Source: Tortispora ganteri (lineage: Eukaryota). From it: 64,000 bases of DNA. The position numbers and the translations under genes are program-made. The stretch covers positions 62,001 to 126,000 of the forward strand of contig PPNB01000016.1 of assembly GCA_003707115.1 (NCBI GenBank), written 5' to 3'. Shown piece after piece: positions 10,409-20,478 of the stretch. Position 1 is the first letter of the stretch, and every line of letters starts with the position of its first letter. The notes below the pieces were generated by a model. The model had not been told where the DNA came from and made no database searches. It was given only the letters and a program-made list of their open reading frames with translations.

Positions 10409-12631
10409 ATGAACATGAGCAGCAAATCTTACATGCGAAGTAAGAGCAAGCAGGCATGCGAACAGTGTAGAGCGGCGAAAGTGAGATGTATTCGATCGGA
10501 AAGCTCATATGACAAAGATCCGTGCGATCGATGTATAAAGTTGAGTCAGAATTGTATATACGAAGTACATCGAAGATCACGCACAAAGAAACACAAGAAT
10601 AATGAAGTAAGTGCTCTTTTGCAAGAAATAAATGATCTGAAGCAACAATTACGGGCGAAAGAAGGACTTGCACGTACAAACAGCAGTGAGTCGTTAGATG
10701 CATTGGCGCCTATGCCTTTCACACCGCCAAGCGGGAGCGACCCTTCTACTTTTATATCTGGTATATTACCCTCCTTCACAAAACCGGGCGATTCTCGTCA
10801 GTTTGCGCTGGACGAAAAGCTACAGGATATTCCGGAAGAACTGGTGCAAGGACAGGCTGCCCGACTGACTGGATACATAGGAAGAAATCGTGCAATTTTC
10901 GAAGCTGTTGAACGGTGGGATGTAATATCTTACCGTCATTTTAAGACACATTCATTGCTTACAGATGATCTAATAAGTGAAGGCGGTGCCTATAAGTCTT
11001 TAGAATTATACAAGAAGCATTATTATGCCGCATTACCACTTGTCCGTCTCAATCACTTATCGTTTGAGCAGATGCGCCAGCACTTTCCGCTTACACTCGA
11101 TGCCGTGATACTCGCGGTAGAACGATACGTGTTACCTGATAATAGCGCTGCTGCCCAAAAGCTAGTGTGCGACAACTATGGCCAACTTCTTGCCCTAGAA
11201 GGCGAAAAGAACCTGGACCTTTTGCAGGCGCTAATGATCACCAGCACGTGGTACACATTTCCCGAATTTCACAATAGACTGCGTTTCCACACATTCACAG
11301 CCGCTGCTCGTGTCATATCTGACAGTCTGATGTTACCATCTACAAAGCATATTTCTGTTTTGCTTATACCTTCGTCTCTCGATCCGTTCGAACCTGACCA
11401 TATTGACACTTTCCAGTCAAGTAATGCCAGCTCCAATGGCACCGGAAATATCAACAGCCCGTCAGGCCCCGTGACGAGCCAAATCCCTTCTGTGTCTGAT
11501 AACCAGAAGAATTCACCAGCTATAGATATATCTAGCGACGTGATACATAGCATAAAGCGGCTTCACCTGTCGGTATATGCTATTAACGTGATACTAGCGC
11601 TGCCTTTTCAGCATTCAGTTTGTTGCCAATGGTCAGCAAGCTTGGCTGAATCTTATGATTTTATCAGTGCAAGAAAGCATCTTACGTATGACGACAAAGC
11701 TTTACTCGAATTCATCGATATAGCGAAGTGTGCTGAGCAAATACTTCATACTATGCAGTGCTCTAAACATAAAAGCTCTGTAGTTATGAGCTTTTCAGAA
11801 CAGTATGCTGATGCAGTTGTTCTATGTTTGGCCGAACGTCTCGATCAAAGGAAACCTGTCTATAATAACAGTGAAGTTCTCTTCCTTACTAATCTACTTG
11901 TGCAGTTATCTTCCTATAGGTTCTGCCTTACAGTGCTTTCTGAACGATTACCCGAACACCCTGAAGAATTTGCGACATTTGTTATGTATTCTCGTAAATT
12001 CTATCAGGTTTATTTGCGGGAACTGAAATATTTTAATGAAGTACAGCCATCAGTGCTTACAAGACTACCTACTTTACTATTTGGCCAGAACATTGGTATG
12101 ATGTCGTGCTACGTCTCTTTGAAGCGAATGTTTTGTAGGAAAGCGCCCGAAATATACAACTCATTCAGCGCTTTGCATGCAGAAATTGACAATGCGCTCG
12201 ATCAAATGAGAAATAATATGAATTCACTTAGCGATTCAGATCCTAGATGTCTTCATTTGCAGAAATTTGCGTTCCTTTACCATTTCATCATCGATATCAG
12301 CAAATGGCCAGACAGCTATCCTGGGTCGATTCTTGAACAAGTTGCCGCTGTATTCAAACGCATAAAGCTACAGAATCCTAGAGCAGCGGAACTTGCAACA
12401 GCACATATATACAAATCCACTTGTCTGTCTATTCCGCAGTTTGATACAATTGCACCGACACAGAGCAATGGAACCGTGCCCTCCGAACCGCTACCCGAAC
12501 CGATACCTATGGAAGGAGGCCTTAATAACTTGAATGAACATACGCTTGATTGGCTGCTTTCCGACTTAGATACGTTTGATTTTAAGTCTTCGGAACTGCT
12601 ATTTGGCGGTCAGTTTCCTCAATCCTTGTGA
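10409..12631 (+). CDS. Zn(II)2Cys6 fungal transcription factor
   Basis: ACEQCRAAKVRC...PCDRCIKLSQNC binuclear cluster, a coiled-coil dimerisation segment, a middle homology-like region and an acidic C-terminal tail. Confidence 0.9.
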   Translation: MNMSSKSYMRSKSKQACEQCRAAKVRCIRSESSYDKDPCDRCIKLSQNCIYEVHRRSRTKKHKNNEVSALLQEINDLKQQLRAKEGLARTNSSESLDALAPMPFTPPSGSDPSTFISGILPSFTKPGDSRQFALDEKLQDIPEELVQGQAARLTGYIGRNRAIFEAVERWDVISYRHFKTHSLLTDDLISEGGAYKSLELYKKHYYAALPLVRLNHLSFEQMRQHFPLTLDAVILAVERYVLPDNSAAAQKLVCDNYGQLLALEGEKNLDLLQALMITSTWYTFPEFHNRLRFHTFTAAARVISDSLMLPSTKHISVLLIPSSLDPFEPDHIDTFQSSNASSNGTGNINSPSGPVTSQIPSVSDNQKNSPAIDISSDVIHSIKRLHLSVYAINVILALPFQHSVCCQWSASLAESYDFISARKHLTYDDKALLEFIDIAKCAEQILHTMQCSKHKSSVVMSFSEQYADAVVLCLAERLDQRKPVYNNSEVLFLTNLLVQLSSYRFCLTVLSERLPEHPEEFATFVMYSRKFYQVYLRELKYFNEVQPSVLTRLPTLLFGQNIGMMSCYVSLKRMFCRKAPEIYNSFSALHAEIDNALDQMRNNMNSLSDSDPRCLHLQKFAFLYHFIIDISKWPDSYPGSILEQVAAVFKRIKLQNPRAAELATAHIYKSTCLSIPQFDTIAPTQSNGTVPSEPLPEPIPMEGGLNNLNEHTLDWLLSDLDTFDFKSSELLFGGQFPQSL

Positions 12632-12756
12632 CTGGTCCTTCCTCTGCAAAGTCCCAGAAAACACTTCCTCAAACATTCTACTTGTTGCACCAACACTACT
12701 AGCTCGCTTTTTGTACATTTCTCCCTTTTTTATTATGATTTGACCTTAATAATAAT

Positions 12757-13275
12757 ATGATTTTTTTAGATTTAGCAAGATTATTATTGGGCATGGTTGT
12801 TTTGCTCATTAGCATATCTTATGCGCGCACGGGTTCGCTGACGTGGGGTTGCGAAAGCCGATGGCTATATCCTAGATATGTGATGTTTCGGCTATTCAGC
12901 GGGCCTCAAGTACTCACAGATGACGAACTCGCTTTTTACGATGGCCGAAATGGTTCGCGAATCTTCCTTGCGCTGAACGGCACAGTTTACGACGTGAGCG
13001 CACGCCCAGAAATGTATGGACCGGGAAGCACGTACTCAATGCTCGCGGCACGTGATGCAACAAGGGCTTTCGTGAATGGCTGCATGCGAGATAACGCACA
13101 GCTTACATATGATCTTCGAGGATTAGACCCAGTTAAAGCCGAAGAGATAATACGCAAGTGGAAGGAATTCTTTGACAGCAAACCACGGTACTGGGTGGTG
13201 GGACGAGTGGAGCACGATTTTTCGAAGCTCGACTGTGATCCGCCACCTTTATGTGATCAGCCGACGTATTTCTAA
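12757..13275 (+). CDS. Membrane-anchored cytochrome b5-like heme/steroid-binding protein (MAPR family)
   Basis: N-terminal TM segment, then LAFYDG...IFLALNGTVYDVS...YGPGSTYSMLAARDATRAF MAPR motif. Confidence 0.9.
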   Translation: MIFLDLARLLLGMVVLLISISYARTGSLTWGCESRWLYPRYVMFRLFSGPQVLTDDELAFYDGRNGSRIFLALNGTVYDVSARPEMYGPGSTYSMLAARDATRAFVNGCMRDNAQLTYDLRGLDPVKAEEIIRKWKEFFDSKPRYWVVGRVEHDFSKLDCDPPPLCDQPTYF

Positions 13276-14517
13276 TCGAGAAACTCTAGAAACTCATTTG
13301 CAGTCAGAGGCGCGGTAATTAGTTTAGCAGGCTCGAGAACCAAGCTGGTAGCGGACAGCGTGAGTCTGAACAAACCTTGAGTCACTATACTAAACGTAGT
13401 ATCATTAGTCTGTGATTGCGACAGCCTCTGACGTTTAAACTTGTGGTCGTCAAATTTTGGTTCATTTTCCGGATCTGCATCAGTGAGTCCGGTAGATTTG
13501 TATACTATCGATAACGGTGTGTCTGGTGCCGAATATGAAATGATACTGGCTAGCTTCTCTTGGGTCGATGTAATTTCACTGCACTGTTCTAAGCTGATAT
13601 TTGTAAATGGCCTTGCATACTTCAATGCGTGCTGTTTGTCGACGTAAACAATGAGTCTGCGTGTATAAGTGTCGATATAGCGACGCTTGTAATGCAAAGT
13701 GCAGTCTGGACCGATGCTGATGCAGTCTGGGTACAGGTCAAGCAGACCAAGTGTAATTTCTTCCAACCCGGTAGTGGGATCGATTGTGATGTTGTGTTTG
13801 ACTAGTTTTTGTTCAAGTCCTCTGAAACGATAGTACCTACACTCCTTTTGGAGCGCGTTCCTGTGTGAGTCTGATTGGATATGCAGTGGTTCGTTGCGCG
13901 CAAGTTTGATGAGATCGGAGAAAAGAGCTGCGCTTCTGTTTGTGACTTCTGGTGCCTTCAATACAGGTGGCCGCAACAAAGCGGTGGGGATTTCGTCATC
14001 AGTGAGGCGCGCGTCTTTCACGGGGTGTGCAAAGTAGAAGGCAAAGGCCAGATGAAAGAAGTTCGGTGCATCACCCGGACCATTGAACAGGTCTTTAGAA
14101 ATTTTAAATTGTGAATCACCAATAATTACATATGTTTCTTTCTGTTTGAGAAGCGTGATTAGGTTTCGTAAACGATAATAGAGGGCATCAGCGTAGAGCT
14201 GGAAGAACTCTTCTGCGGTGGTAGCAGCAATATTGTAGCCGCGCAGATAATCAGCTATGATGCTGAATACTCGCGGCGATCTATCGAGTGTAAGAACAGG
14301 CGGGTTCGTAATATTTGTATCAAAGAAATTAGTGAAATAGGAAGGGGCATCTGATGATAAAGATGCGCCACTGATAATTTGTGAGTACTAAGGATCGCTG
14401 CAAGTTGTGTTTTTCGACTTACCTTAACTTGAACGTCTGTTCACCGACTTGGATCGTATAGACTTTGCTGTGTGGTAAAATTTCCGGTATAACTGATTGT
14501 TGTATTGCTTCATCCAT
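13272..14517 (-). CDS. BTB/POZ-domain protein, YLR108C/YDR132C-like; 2 exons (14517-14423, 14370-13272), 397 aa
   Basis: The ORF track gives only the 3' part. Manual reading gives MDEAIQQSVIPEILPHSKVYTIQVGEQTFKLS|GASLSSDAPSYFTNFF...LDRSPRVFSIIADYLRGY. A 52-nt intron 14371-14422 (GTAAGT...TACTCAC...CAG) keeps the frame. A second BTB-like unit is present (NRSAALFSDL...ECRYYRFRGLEQ). Confidence 0.88.
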
Positions 14518-14518
14518 A

Positions 14519-15435
14519 ATGGGTAAAAGTAGTAAAGATAAGAGAGACTTGTACTATCGGTAAGTAGAAGGGAGGAGCTAAGTATGAAGTGCGAAAAGAG
14601 GGTGGTGCTAACAACAATTATCAGCAAGGCCAAAGAAAACGGTTGGCGTGCACGTTCGGCGTTTAAATTATTGCAATTAAATGAAGAATTTGATTTGTTT
14701 AAAAATGTTACAAGAGTTGTCGATTTGTGTGCCGCTCCGGGTTCCTGGTCACAAGTGCTCTCACGTCAAGTCTATGAAAATTGTTCCGAAGATAATAAAC
14801 CAATCATCGTTTCTGTTGATTTGCAACCTATTGCCCCTCTTCCTGGTGTAATAACGCTTCAGGCTGATATAACGCATCCAAGTACTCCGGGGAGGATTGT
14901 AGACTTGTTTGAAGGCAAACTAGCTGATCTAGTGGTATCTGACGGTGCTCCTGATGTTACCGGCTTGCACGATCTTGACGAATATGTCCAGGCACAGCTT
15001 ATTCTTGCTGCTGTCAAACTTGCCACCGGTCTTCTCACACCTGGAGGCACATTTGTTGCTAAAATATTCAGAGGCAGAGATATCGATCTTATGTACGCAC
15101 AACTAGGACTGCTTTTCGAGAAAGTCACTTGCGCCAAACCGCGCAGTTCTCGCCTTTCTTCGCTCGAGGCTTTTGTCGTCTGTGAGAACTACATCCCACG
15201 ACCAGGCTGGTCGCCTTTAGATCTTCCTGCTGTCGGTCAAGACCTCTCGTTACAGCCTGTCTCTGAAAGAAGTGTAGCTCCGTTCCTTGCATGTGGCGAT
15301 CTCAGCTCTTACGATGCCGATGCTACGTACACGCGACCACCTTCTTCGACAAGTCTAGATCCTGTACAGGCACCAACGGCGCCGCCATACAAACACGCCC
15401 TGGACCTACGACGATCAGGTAAGCTCCACGGATGA
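14519..15435 (+). CDS. TRM7: tRNA (C32/N34) 2'-O-methyltransferase; 2 exons (14519-14559, 14625-15435)
   Basis: The spliced N-terminus [32 protein letters not shown] matches the conserved Trm7 start. 65-nt intron 14560-14624 (GTAAGT...TGCTAAC...CAG). Motifs [14 protein letters not shown] and [14 protein letters not shown]. Confidence 0.95.
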
Positions 15436-15510
15436 ACTGTATACGTACTCAATTTACGCTAATCATTCAATAGGTCATCGTTATTTGGTCTATGCGGACA
15501 TTTGAGTCAT

Positions 15511-16638
15511 CTATGCGATCTTTTTGCTCGCAGATGTGAATCCAATACCCTTTACTGAAATCATAAGGTCATTACTTTCTGTGTCTTCATCGTCGCTATC
15601 GGCATCGCTATCGTCTATGGGGCCCTGAGACTCTTTGATGATAATCTGCTGGCCTGTGAATGCGTATATATCGCGTAACAGCTGCACGGTCTTGTCATCG
15701 ATCACGTCCCGACCAACTCGAATCCGTCCAACATCTTCTTTCCCTAGTATCATGAACGTCAAAGCTAGAGCAATCTGATTTCTTCCGACAACGCCACCAA
15801 GTGAGATATCATACAAGAGTTGCTTAGCAACTTTTTCACCGAGATCTTCTGGCACCGCCCCAGCTGCGCCAACGTCTTCTGTGGAATAGCACCAGCCGGA
15901 TTTAGTTTCTGCCACTAAAAGTATACCGTAGCCGGGCGATTTGCCGGCGTCTTCACCGCGAGCTACATCTGAGTATATAAATGTTTCGCATTCCGTTACT
16001 TTCAGCACCTCCCTGGCGGCATTGATCATCCTGTTGACGATAGTGGGGCTTACTCTCGTTGAGTATGCAATACCCCTTATTTTGAGTATTTTAGGAGTAG
16101 TTGTAGCATGTAGTGTCTTGGGCTGCAATACCAGATGTGGGGCAGAAAAGACAACTTCACCTCCTCCAAGTGGTGGTGATCCACGACGCACTATACGCAA
16201 TTCCATCCGATCTATTCCAAACTTTTGCACAACTGGAAATAGTGACGTACGAATCATATCAACTGAATTGTCGATCTCATTCGATGATACGCCAGTGAAT
16301 GTGATTTTCATAGCAGTTTTGCAAAATGGTGCTAGGTACAGCATAGGTTCTAGAAAATAGCCTATACCGCGAGACGTAGGACAAGTGTGGTTATGGGTAC
16401 CGCCAATAAGCATTCCGGGACGGTAAATAACAGTTGTACCTGTATAAGAAATATCTACGACACTGCCGTTAGTAATACGATCAAGCAGTCTGATGAATGA
16501 TATTTCATAGTCTTTTAAACCTGGTTCGAGAAGATCGGAGCGGATTTTCTCGACTTTCAATGGTTTTCCCAGTAAAGTGGCTAGCACCAATCTCTGACGA
16601 AGATATTCATGACCTTGAAATGTCAACATCGGCGCCAT
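15511..16638 (-). CDS. RCL1: RNA 3'-terminal phosphate cyclase-like protein (18S rRNA processing)
   Basis: LRQRLVLATLLGKPLKVEKIRSD, PGLKDYEISFIRLL, RRGSPPLGGGEV and KIRGIAYSTRVSP. Confidence 0.95.
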   Translation of the reverse strand: MAPMLTFQGHEYLRQRLVLATLLGKPLKVEKIRSDLLEPGLKDYEISFIRLLDRITNGSVVDISYTGTTVIYRPGMLIGGTHNHTCPTSRGIGYFLEPMLYLAPFCKTAMKITFTGVSSNEIDNSVDMIRTSLFPVVQKFGIDRMELRIVRRGSPPLGGGEVVFSAPHLVLQPKTLHATTTPKILKIRGIAYSTRVSPTIVNRMINAAREVLKVTECETFIYSDVARGEDAGKSPGYGILLVAETKSGWCYSTEDVGAAGAVPEDLGEKVAKQLLYDISLGGVVGRNQIALALTFMILGKEDVGRIRVGRDVIDDKTVQLLRDIYAFTGQQIIIKESQGPIDDSDADSDDEDTESNDLMISVKGIGFTSASKKIA

Positions 16639-16814
16639 TATTAAGAATTTTTATAGGAAAAAAAAAAGAATAGCACAATATATAGTACAACAGCTAAGAA
16701 GGTGAAGAAAAAAAATACCAATTTCTCGAGAAAAGGTGTTTCCCGTTTAGGAAAGTCCCAAGTTGGCTCTAAGGTACACATGCAAGTTTGTCAATGATTT
16801 GACCAGTTATTGAG

Positions 16815-18056
16815 ATGATCGTCACTAAAAAGATCAGTCGGGTGTCTGTTACAATTATTTGTATAATTTGTAGTTTATGGTTGATTCAATTGTTGGCTTC
16901 AGAGTACAGTGTAAGGGTATTGGTGGCAGATATAGGAGTGGAAGACTGTCCGAGGGCAGAAGTATTACCGGATATCGGGTCATTGTCGATAGAGCACGTC
17001 AAAATCGAAGAAGCGTTTTATTATGAGCTGAAAGAATTCTCTATAGACCAGAAAGCACCTGAAATAGAGTTAAATTACCAAATATTCAAGCCGGAACCAG
17101 TCTATGAGCATGGAGAACTTGTTGAGAAGCCTGAACCAAGCAAGATTCTAGTACTGACGTCTGCCGATTTCGGCGGGAACAATGCTGCTATTCCAGATTT
17201 GCACAAATACATCACAATCAACAGAATAGAGTACTGTGGTGTTCACAATTACAGCTATATGTACTTTAACCACTCAGGTGAAGACTTGCGGGGTAGACAC
17301 AGAAGTTGGGGTAAACTACCTGGTCTACGAGCAGCAACTCGCTTGTTCCCAGACCACGAATGGATATTGTTTCTGGATGCAGATATAGTCATCATGAACC
17401 CTTCGTACGGTCTATCAAACTACATTCTTCATCCGCAAGTGTTGGCTAAGCGGCTGTGCTATGGATGCGCCTGGATGGACAACAACCAGATTGCGACGGC
17501 TTTGAAGTTCGGAGAAGAAGGAACAGTCGATCTGTGTAACATTGATATAATCATATCGAACGACAGAAACGGGCTTAACACCGGGTCTTTCTTTCTCAGA
17601 AACAACAAATTCGGCCGTTGGTTCATAGATATGTGGGATAATGAGTTGTGGGACAATTGGCACTTGCATGATCAGCCGACCTTAAGCCGGCTGATTCTCA
17701 TGTACCCATTTATAAGGAGACATGTTGGTCTTGTCCCGCAGAGATTGTTGAACGCGTACTACTCTGGTGAAAAATCTGAGAATTTTAGGCCAACGGACTT
17801 TTTAGTACATACTGCAGGTTGCTGGGTGAGGAACGACTGTGCAAAGCAGTTCTTTCGGGCCTGGACAGAACGCGAAGTTGTACGCACAGGCAGGCAACTT
17901 ACACGAGAAGAAAAGAAGCTTTATATGAAAAAGGCGCGTGAATGGGATCTTGTAACGTATACTCGAAGTCAGGGAAACCACAAAGTGAAGCATCCACCAG
18001 TGTTCGATCCGGTTGGCGAGATCAAAGATTACCAGAGGCACAAGTATATCATATAA
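16815..18056 (+). CDS. GT34 family glycosyltransferase (Mnn10/Mnn11/Gma12-like)
   Basis: Type II TM anchor; NRIEYCGVHNY, SWGKLPGLR...EWILFLDADIVIMN (DxD), GLNTGSFFLRN, VPQRLLNAY and DFLVHTAGC. Confidence 0.88.
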   Translation: MIVTKKISRVSVTIICIICSLWLIQLLASEYSVRVLVADIGVEDCPRAEVLPDIGSLSIEHVKIEEAFYYELKEFSIDQKAPEIELNYQIFKPEPVYEHGELVEKPEPSKILVLTSADFGGNNAAIPDLHKYITINRIEYCGVHNYSYMYFNHSGEDLRGRHRSWGKLPGLRAATRLFPDHEWILFLDADIVIMNPSYGLSNYILHPQVLAKRLCYGCAWMDNNQIATALKFGEEGTVDLCNIDIIISNDRNGLNTGSFFLRNNKFGRWFIDMWDNELWDNWHLHDQPTLSRLILMYPFIRRHVGLVPQRLLNAYYSGEKSENFRPTDFLVHTAGCWVRNDCAKQFFRAWTEREVVRTGRQLTREEKKLYMKKAREWDLVTYTRSQGNHKVKHPPVFDPVGEIKDYQRHKYII

Positions 18057-18306
18057 CGAAGTTGAGTATCAAACTTATCGGTCGCCATATTCATCTCACA
18101 ATTAATGATAATCCATAATAGAATTCATAGAGTATAGCTCAAGGAACATTTGCTATAAAATATAGTCAGTAAATAAGTAAATTACATACAAGATGTGATT
18201 GGTTGCTCAGTTTGTTGCTAAGGGATATAAGTAGAGCTTATTTAAACTCATATAATGATTAGTAGCAGTACCAATTTATTTGTCGCGTTGTCAACTATTC
18301 TCGGCA

Positions 18307-20397
18307 ATGGCACTACCACCATTCAGTGTCTCGCCTAAAAGAGTTTTTTTTACACTTCTGGCCTTTGGTGCGGTCCTGGTGTTTTATAATTCTTTGACTC
18401 TTTCTCCAGGTATATCATATCCGGACTACAAGTACTTCAAGGACTCCTTTAAGAGCAAGTATAATACCTCTTCGATCCAGGCCATATATGCGCCAGCTTC
18501 CACGGATTTTAGCAGTACTTCGACTTCTTCATCAGCTATAGCTCTTCCTTCTATAGAGAAAAATGTTCCCGAGCATAATGCGGCTCTTGCAGAGTACCAT
18601 CTAGCTATAGAAAAAGGTCTGTTAACCACCGAAGAGATTGGCCCCTTTCATGATCACGACCCCGTACAACACCTCATAGTGAGAGGTATGTTGGAGTACC
18701 ACGAGAAATCAGCACCATATCAGCCATCTCTACACGAATTGACAACCCAATATATTAAAACTCATGGACGTCTGCCTCCCCCAAACTTCGATAAGTGGTA
18801 TGAATATGCACTCCGCGCGAATGTGCTAAACTTCACTGATTTCGACAGAATCTACGACGATCTACGTCCCTTTTGGGGTGTATCACCAGCCAAAATGCGC
18901 GGTGATATATACAGGCTTTGTGAAGACGGCGGATTCGCGGTTGTTGATATCGACGACCATGCTGCGAAAATCGTAGGCAAGGCAGCTTCATTCGGTGAAG
19001 TGCCGTGGAGACCAGAAACTTTCATAAGAACGATTCAGTCTTTTATTGATTTTCTTCCAAATATGAGAATACCTTTGAGCCTTACAGATGAGCCCCGCGT
19101 CATGGTATCTTTTGACGATATCGTCAAACTTAACGCTGTTGAACAGTCTTCGCGACGTATACCGTTGAACCATTCCAACCAATTTACTACCTACAAATAC
19201 ACTGACTCTCCAGATTCTGACATCATCCAATATGCACCATTGACGTGGATGGCAGAACGCGGCGATCCATTCCATACAATGTTGGGTAATGCATGTCCAC
19301 CTGACTCACTAGCGCGTGCAGCAGATCAGCCTGATATAGCACGCGAGAAAGCTAGTAAACGCTATTTAACTTCGCTAGGCGGTTTTGTTACTGATTTCAA
19401 TGCCTCCATGGATATGTGCACAATAGATCCATACGCCAGATACCTGCACGGTTACCTTCAGTATCCAACAACGTCTCATGTTTCGTCTGAACTTCTCCCT
19501 GTTTTCTCTGAATGCAAACTCAATGTTCAGAATGATATCCTTTATCCGGCAAATATGTATTCCTCACATGCGGAGGCTTATACTTACAATCCCAGTAAGG
19601 ATTTCAGCTTCTTTGAGAAAAAGAATATAGCGATCTGGCGTGGCGCTCCTTCCGAAGGAGAGAATGTCAAACCTCTACTGGACAGCTTTCAAAGGCACAG
19701 ATTAGTCCGCTTGTTCAATTCCTCATTAGTATCTGAAAATGGGCTTTCACGCTACGGCCATATCTGCAGCCCGAACGAGTCGTCTGATCACTTAAATATT
19801 TCTGAACTCTGTTACACAGACCCTCATGACTTTCTCGAAAGATACACTGAGATCGGATTTACCGAACTAGGATGGTGTTCTGCTGATGATCCTGATTGTG
19901 ACGTAGAAGATCAGCACAGACACTACCGGGTGTTGAACACGATCCCATTTGCAGAGGTTCTAGAGTATCGGTACTTGATTGATCAGGACGGAAGATCTTT
20001 CTCTGGAAGGTTTTTGCCCTTCCTGCGCAGTCTCTCTCTAGCATTCAAGTCTACTATTTTCCGCGAGTGGCACGATTCCAGACTGATTCCGTGGGCACAT
20101 TTCATTCCTTTTGATATTACGTTCGATGAACTCTTTGCGCTTGTCGCTTACTTTGTTGGAATTGATGAAACCTCTACGCCGCGTACTAGTCTAGGTAAGA
20201 AAATAGGTGAATTAAGCCAATCTTGGGCTACACGTGTTCTGCGACTAGAAGATATGGATGTTTACAAATTTCTCTTGTTGTTGGAGTACGGCCGTCTACT
20301 GGATGATAACAGAGAAAACATTGGCTATGTTCCAGATGGTTTTGATCTCTCTGCGTATGTTACGCCGAATGATATGGAAAAAAGTGAAGTATTCTGA
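18307..20397 (+). CDS. GT90 family glycosyltransferase (CAP10/CXT1 beta-1,2-xylosyltransferase-like)
   Basis: TM anchor; HGRLPPPNFDKWY, FDRIYDDLRPFWG, DEPRV, WRG, YRYLIDQDGRSFSGRF, KSTIFREWHDSRLIPWAHFIP and LLLLEYGRL. First ATG is at 18307. Confidence 0.9.
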   Translation: MALPPFSVSPKRVFFTLLAFGAVLVFYNSLTLSPGISYPDYKYFKDSFKSKYNTSSIQAIYAPASTDFSSTSTSSSAIALPSIEKNVPEHNAALAEYHLAIEKGLLTTEEIGPFHDHDPVQHLIVRGMLEYHEKSAPYQPSLHELTTQYIKTHGRLPPPNFDKWYEYALRANVLNFTDFDRIYDDLRPFWGVSPAKMRGDIYRLCEDGGFAVVDIDDHAAKIVGKAASFGEVPWRPETFIRTIQSFIDFLPNMRIPLSLTDEPRVMVSFDDIVKLNAVEQSSRRIPLNHSNQFTTYKYTDSPDSDIIQYAPLTWMAERGDPFHTMLGNACPPDSLARAADQPDIAREKASKRYLTSLGGFVTDFNASMDMCTIDPYARYLHGYLQYPTTSHVSSELLPVFSECKLNVQNDILYPANMYSSHAEAYTYNPSKDFSFFEKKNIAIWRGAPSEGENVKPLLDSFQRHRLVRLFNSSLVSENGLSRYGHICSPNESSDHLNISELCYTDPHDFLERYTEIGFTELGWCSADDPDCDVEDQHRHYRVLNTIPFAEVLEYRYLIDQDGRSFSGRFLPFLRSLSLAFKSTIFREWHDSRLIPWAHFIPFDITFDELFALVAYFVGIDETSTPRTSLGKKIGELSQSWATRVLRLEDMDVYKFLLLLEYGRLLDDNRENIGYVPDGFDLSAYVTPNDMEKSEVF

Positions 20398-20478
20398 TAA
20401 CTGTTACATAAAGTCATTATTCACGATATTTACGACCAAAACACGAATACAATAAATATATATGTAGAGGCAGATATT

